A stretch of 63,429 nt of DNA, counting the filler, from Octopus bimaculoides (Eukaryota): the NCBI RefSeq assembly GCF_001194135.2. It is 4 parts of 4 records of this genome, joined end to end, with 100 filler letters (N's around TTAATTAATTAA, not from the genome) between each part and the next. Parts side by side here need not be neighbours in the genome. Positions count along the whole stretch, not along the records: positions 58,904 to 63,429 come from NC_068996.1; 3 more parts are not named here. The stretch is one strand, 5' to 3'. The first letter of the stretch is position 1, and every line of letters begins with the position of its first letter. This document shows, piece after piece, positions 63,137 through 63,429 of the stretch. The position numbers and the translations under genes are program-made. The notes beneath the pieces were generated by a model. That model saw only the letters and a list, made by a program, of their open reading frames with translations. It was not told where the DNA came from and did no database searches.

Positions 63137-63374
63137 TTAACTATGAGTAGCAGTCGACATAGAATGACATAGAATAATGAAGTCTTTTCCTCCTCTGTTT
63201 TCTAGAGAGGCCACTTGCTAGAGAAGCCACAAGCAAACGGGTTTAAGGTCAGAAGAAACACTAAAGCCAAGTGCTTCATGAATGTGAAACCCAGGGTAAC
63301 ACCACAGACAGGCCATATCTATCTTTATCTATATATACATACATATATATATGTATATATATGTGTGTATATTT

Positions 63375-63429
<55 letters not shown>

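Overview
Eukaryotic, AT-rich, microsatellite-dense DNA from a gappy short-read assembly. The SINE families resemble octopus/coleoid cephalopod repeats (inference from recall, no search run). The window is not one locus. Three identical 100-nt linkers (44 N + TTAATTAATTAA + 44 N; 14396-14495, 28830-28929, 58804-58903) join four independent scaffolds. No intact protein-coding gene, rRNA, true tRNA or CRISPR array can be supported, and almost all listed ORFs are translations of microsatellites or N-gaps. Recognisable content is decayed mobile DNA: at least five SINE families (several with target-site duplications), RTE, L1/Tx1-like, CR1-like and R4/Dong-like LINE fragments, a Gypsy gag-protease-RT remnant, a Tc1/mariner transposase remnant and several MITE-like fold-backs. 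The most interesting signals are: (i) two minimal hammerhead-ribozyme motifs in Penelope-type repeats, one covered by its own antisense arm and one with an unusual CUGUUGA core, plus a decayed third; (ii) stacked R4/Dong-like 3' ends and a ~540-bp non-coding element sitting in (TAA)n tracts; (iii) SINEs that carry an internal microsatellite and recur as nested inverted pairs, dimers with a shared junction, and a 93-bp 3'-end tandem array; (iv) an interleaved A-B-A'-B' inverted duplication; (v) a few weak candidate exons, a candidate promoter and a nuclear-receptor half-site cluster. I see no clearly new protein system; the best candidates for novelty are RNA-level.
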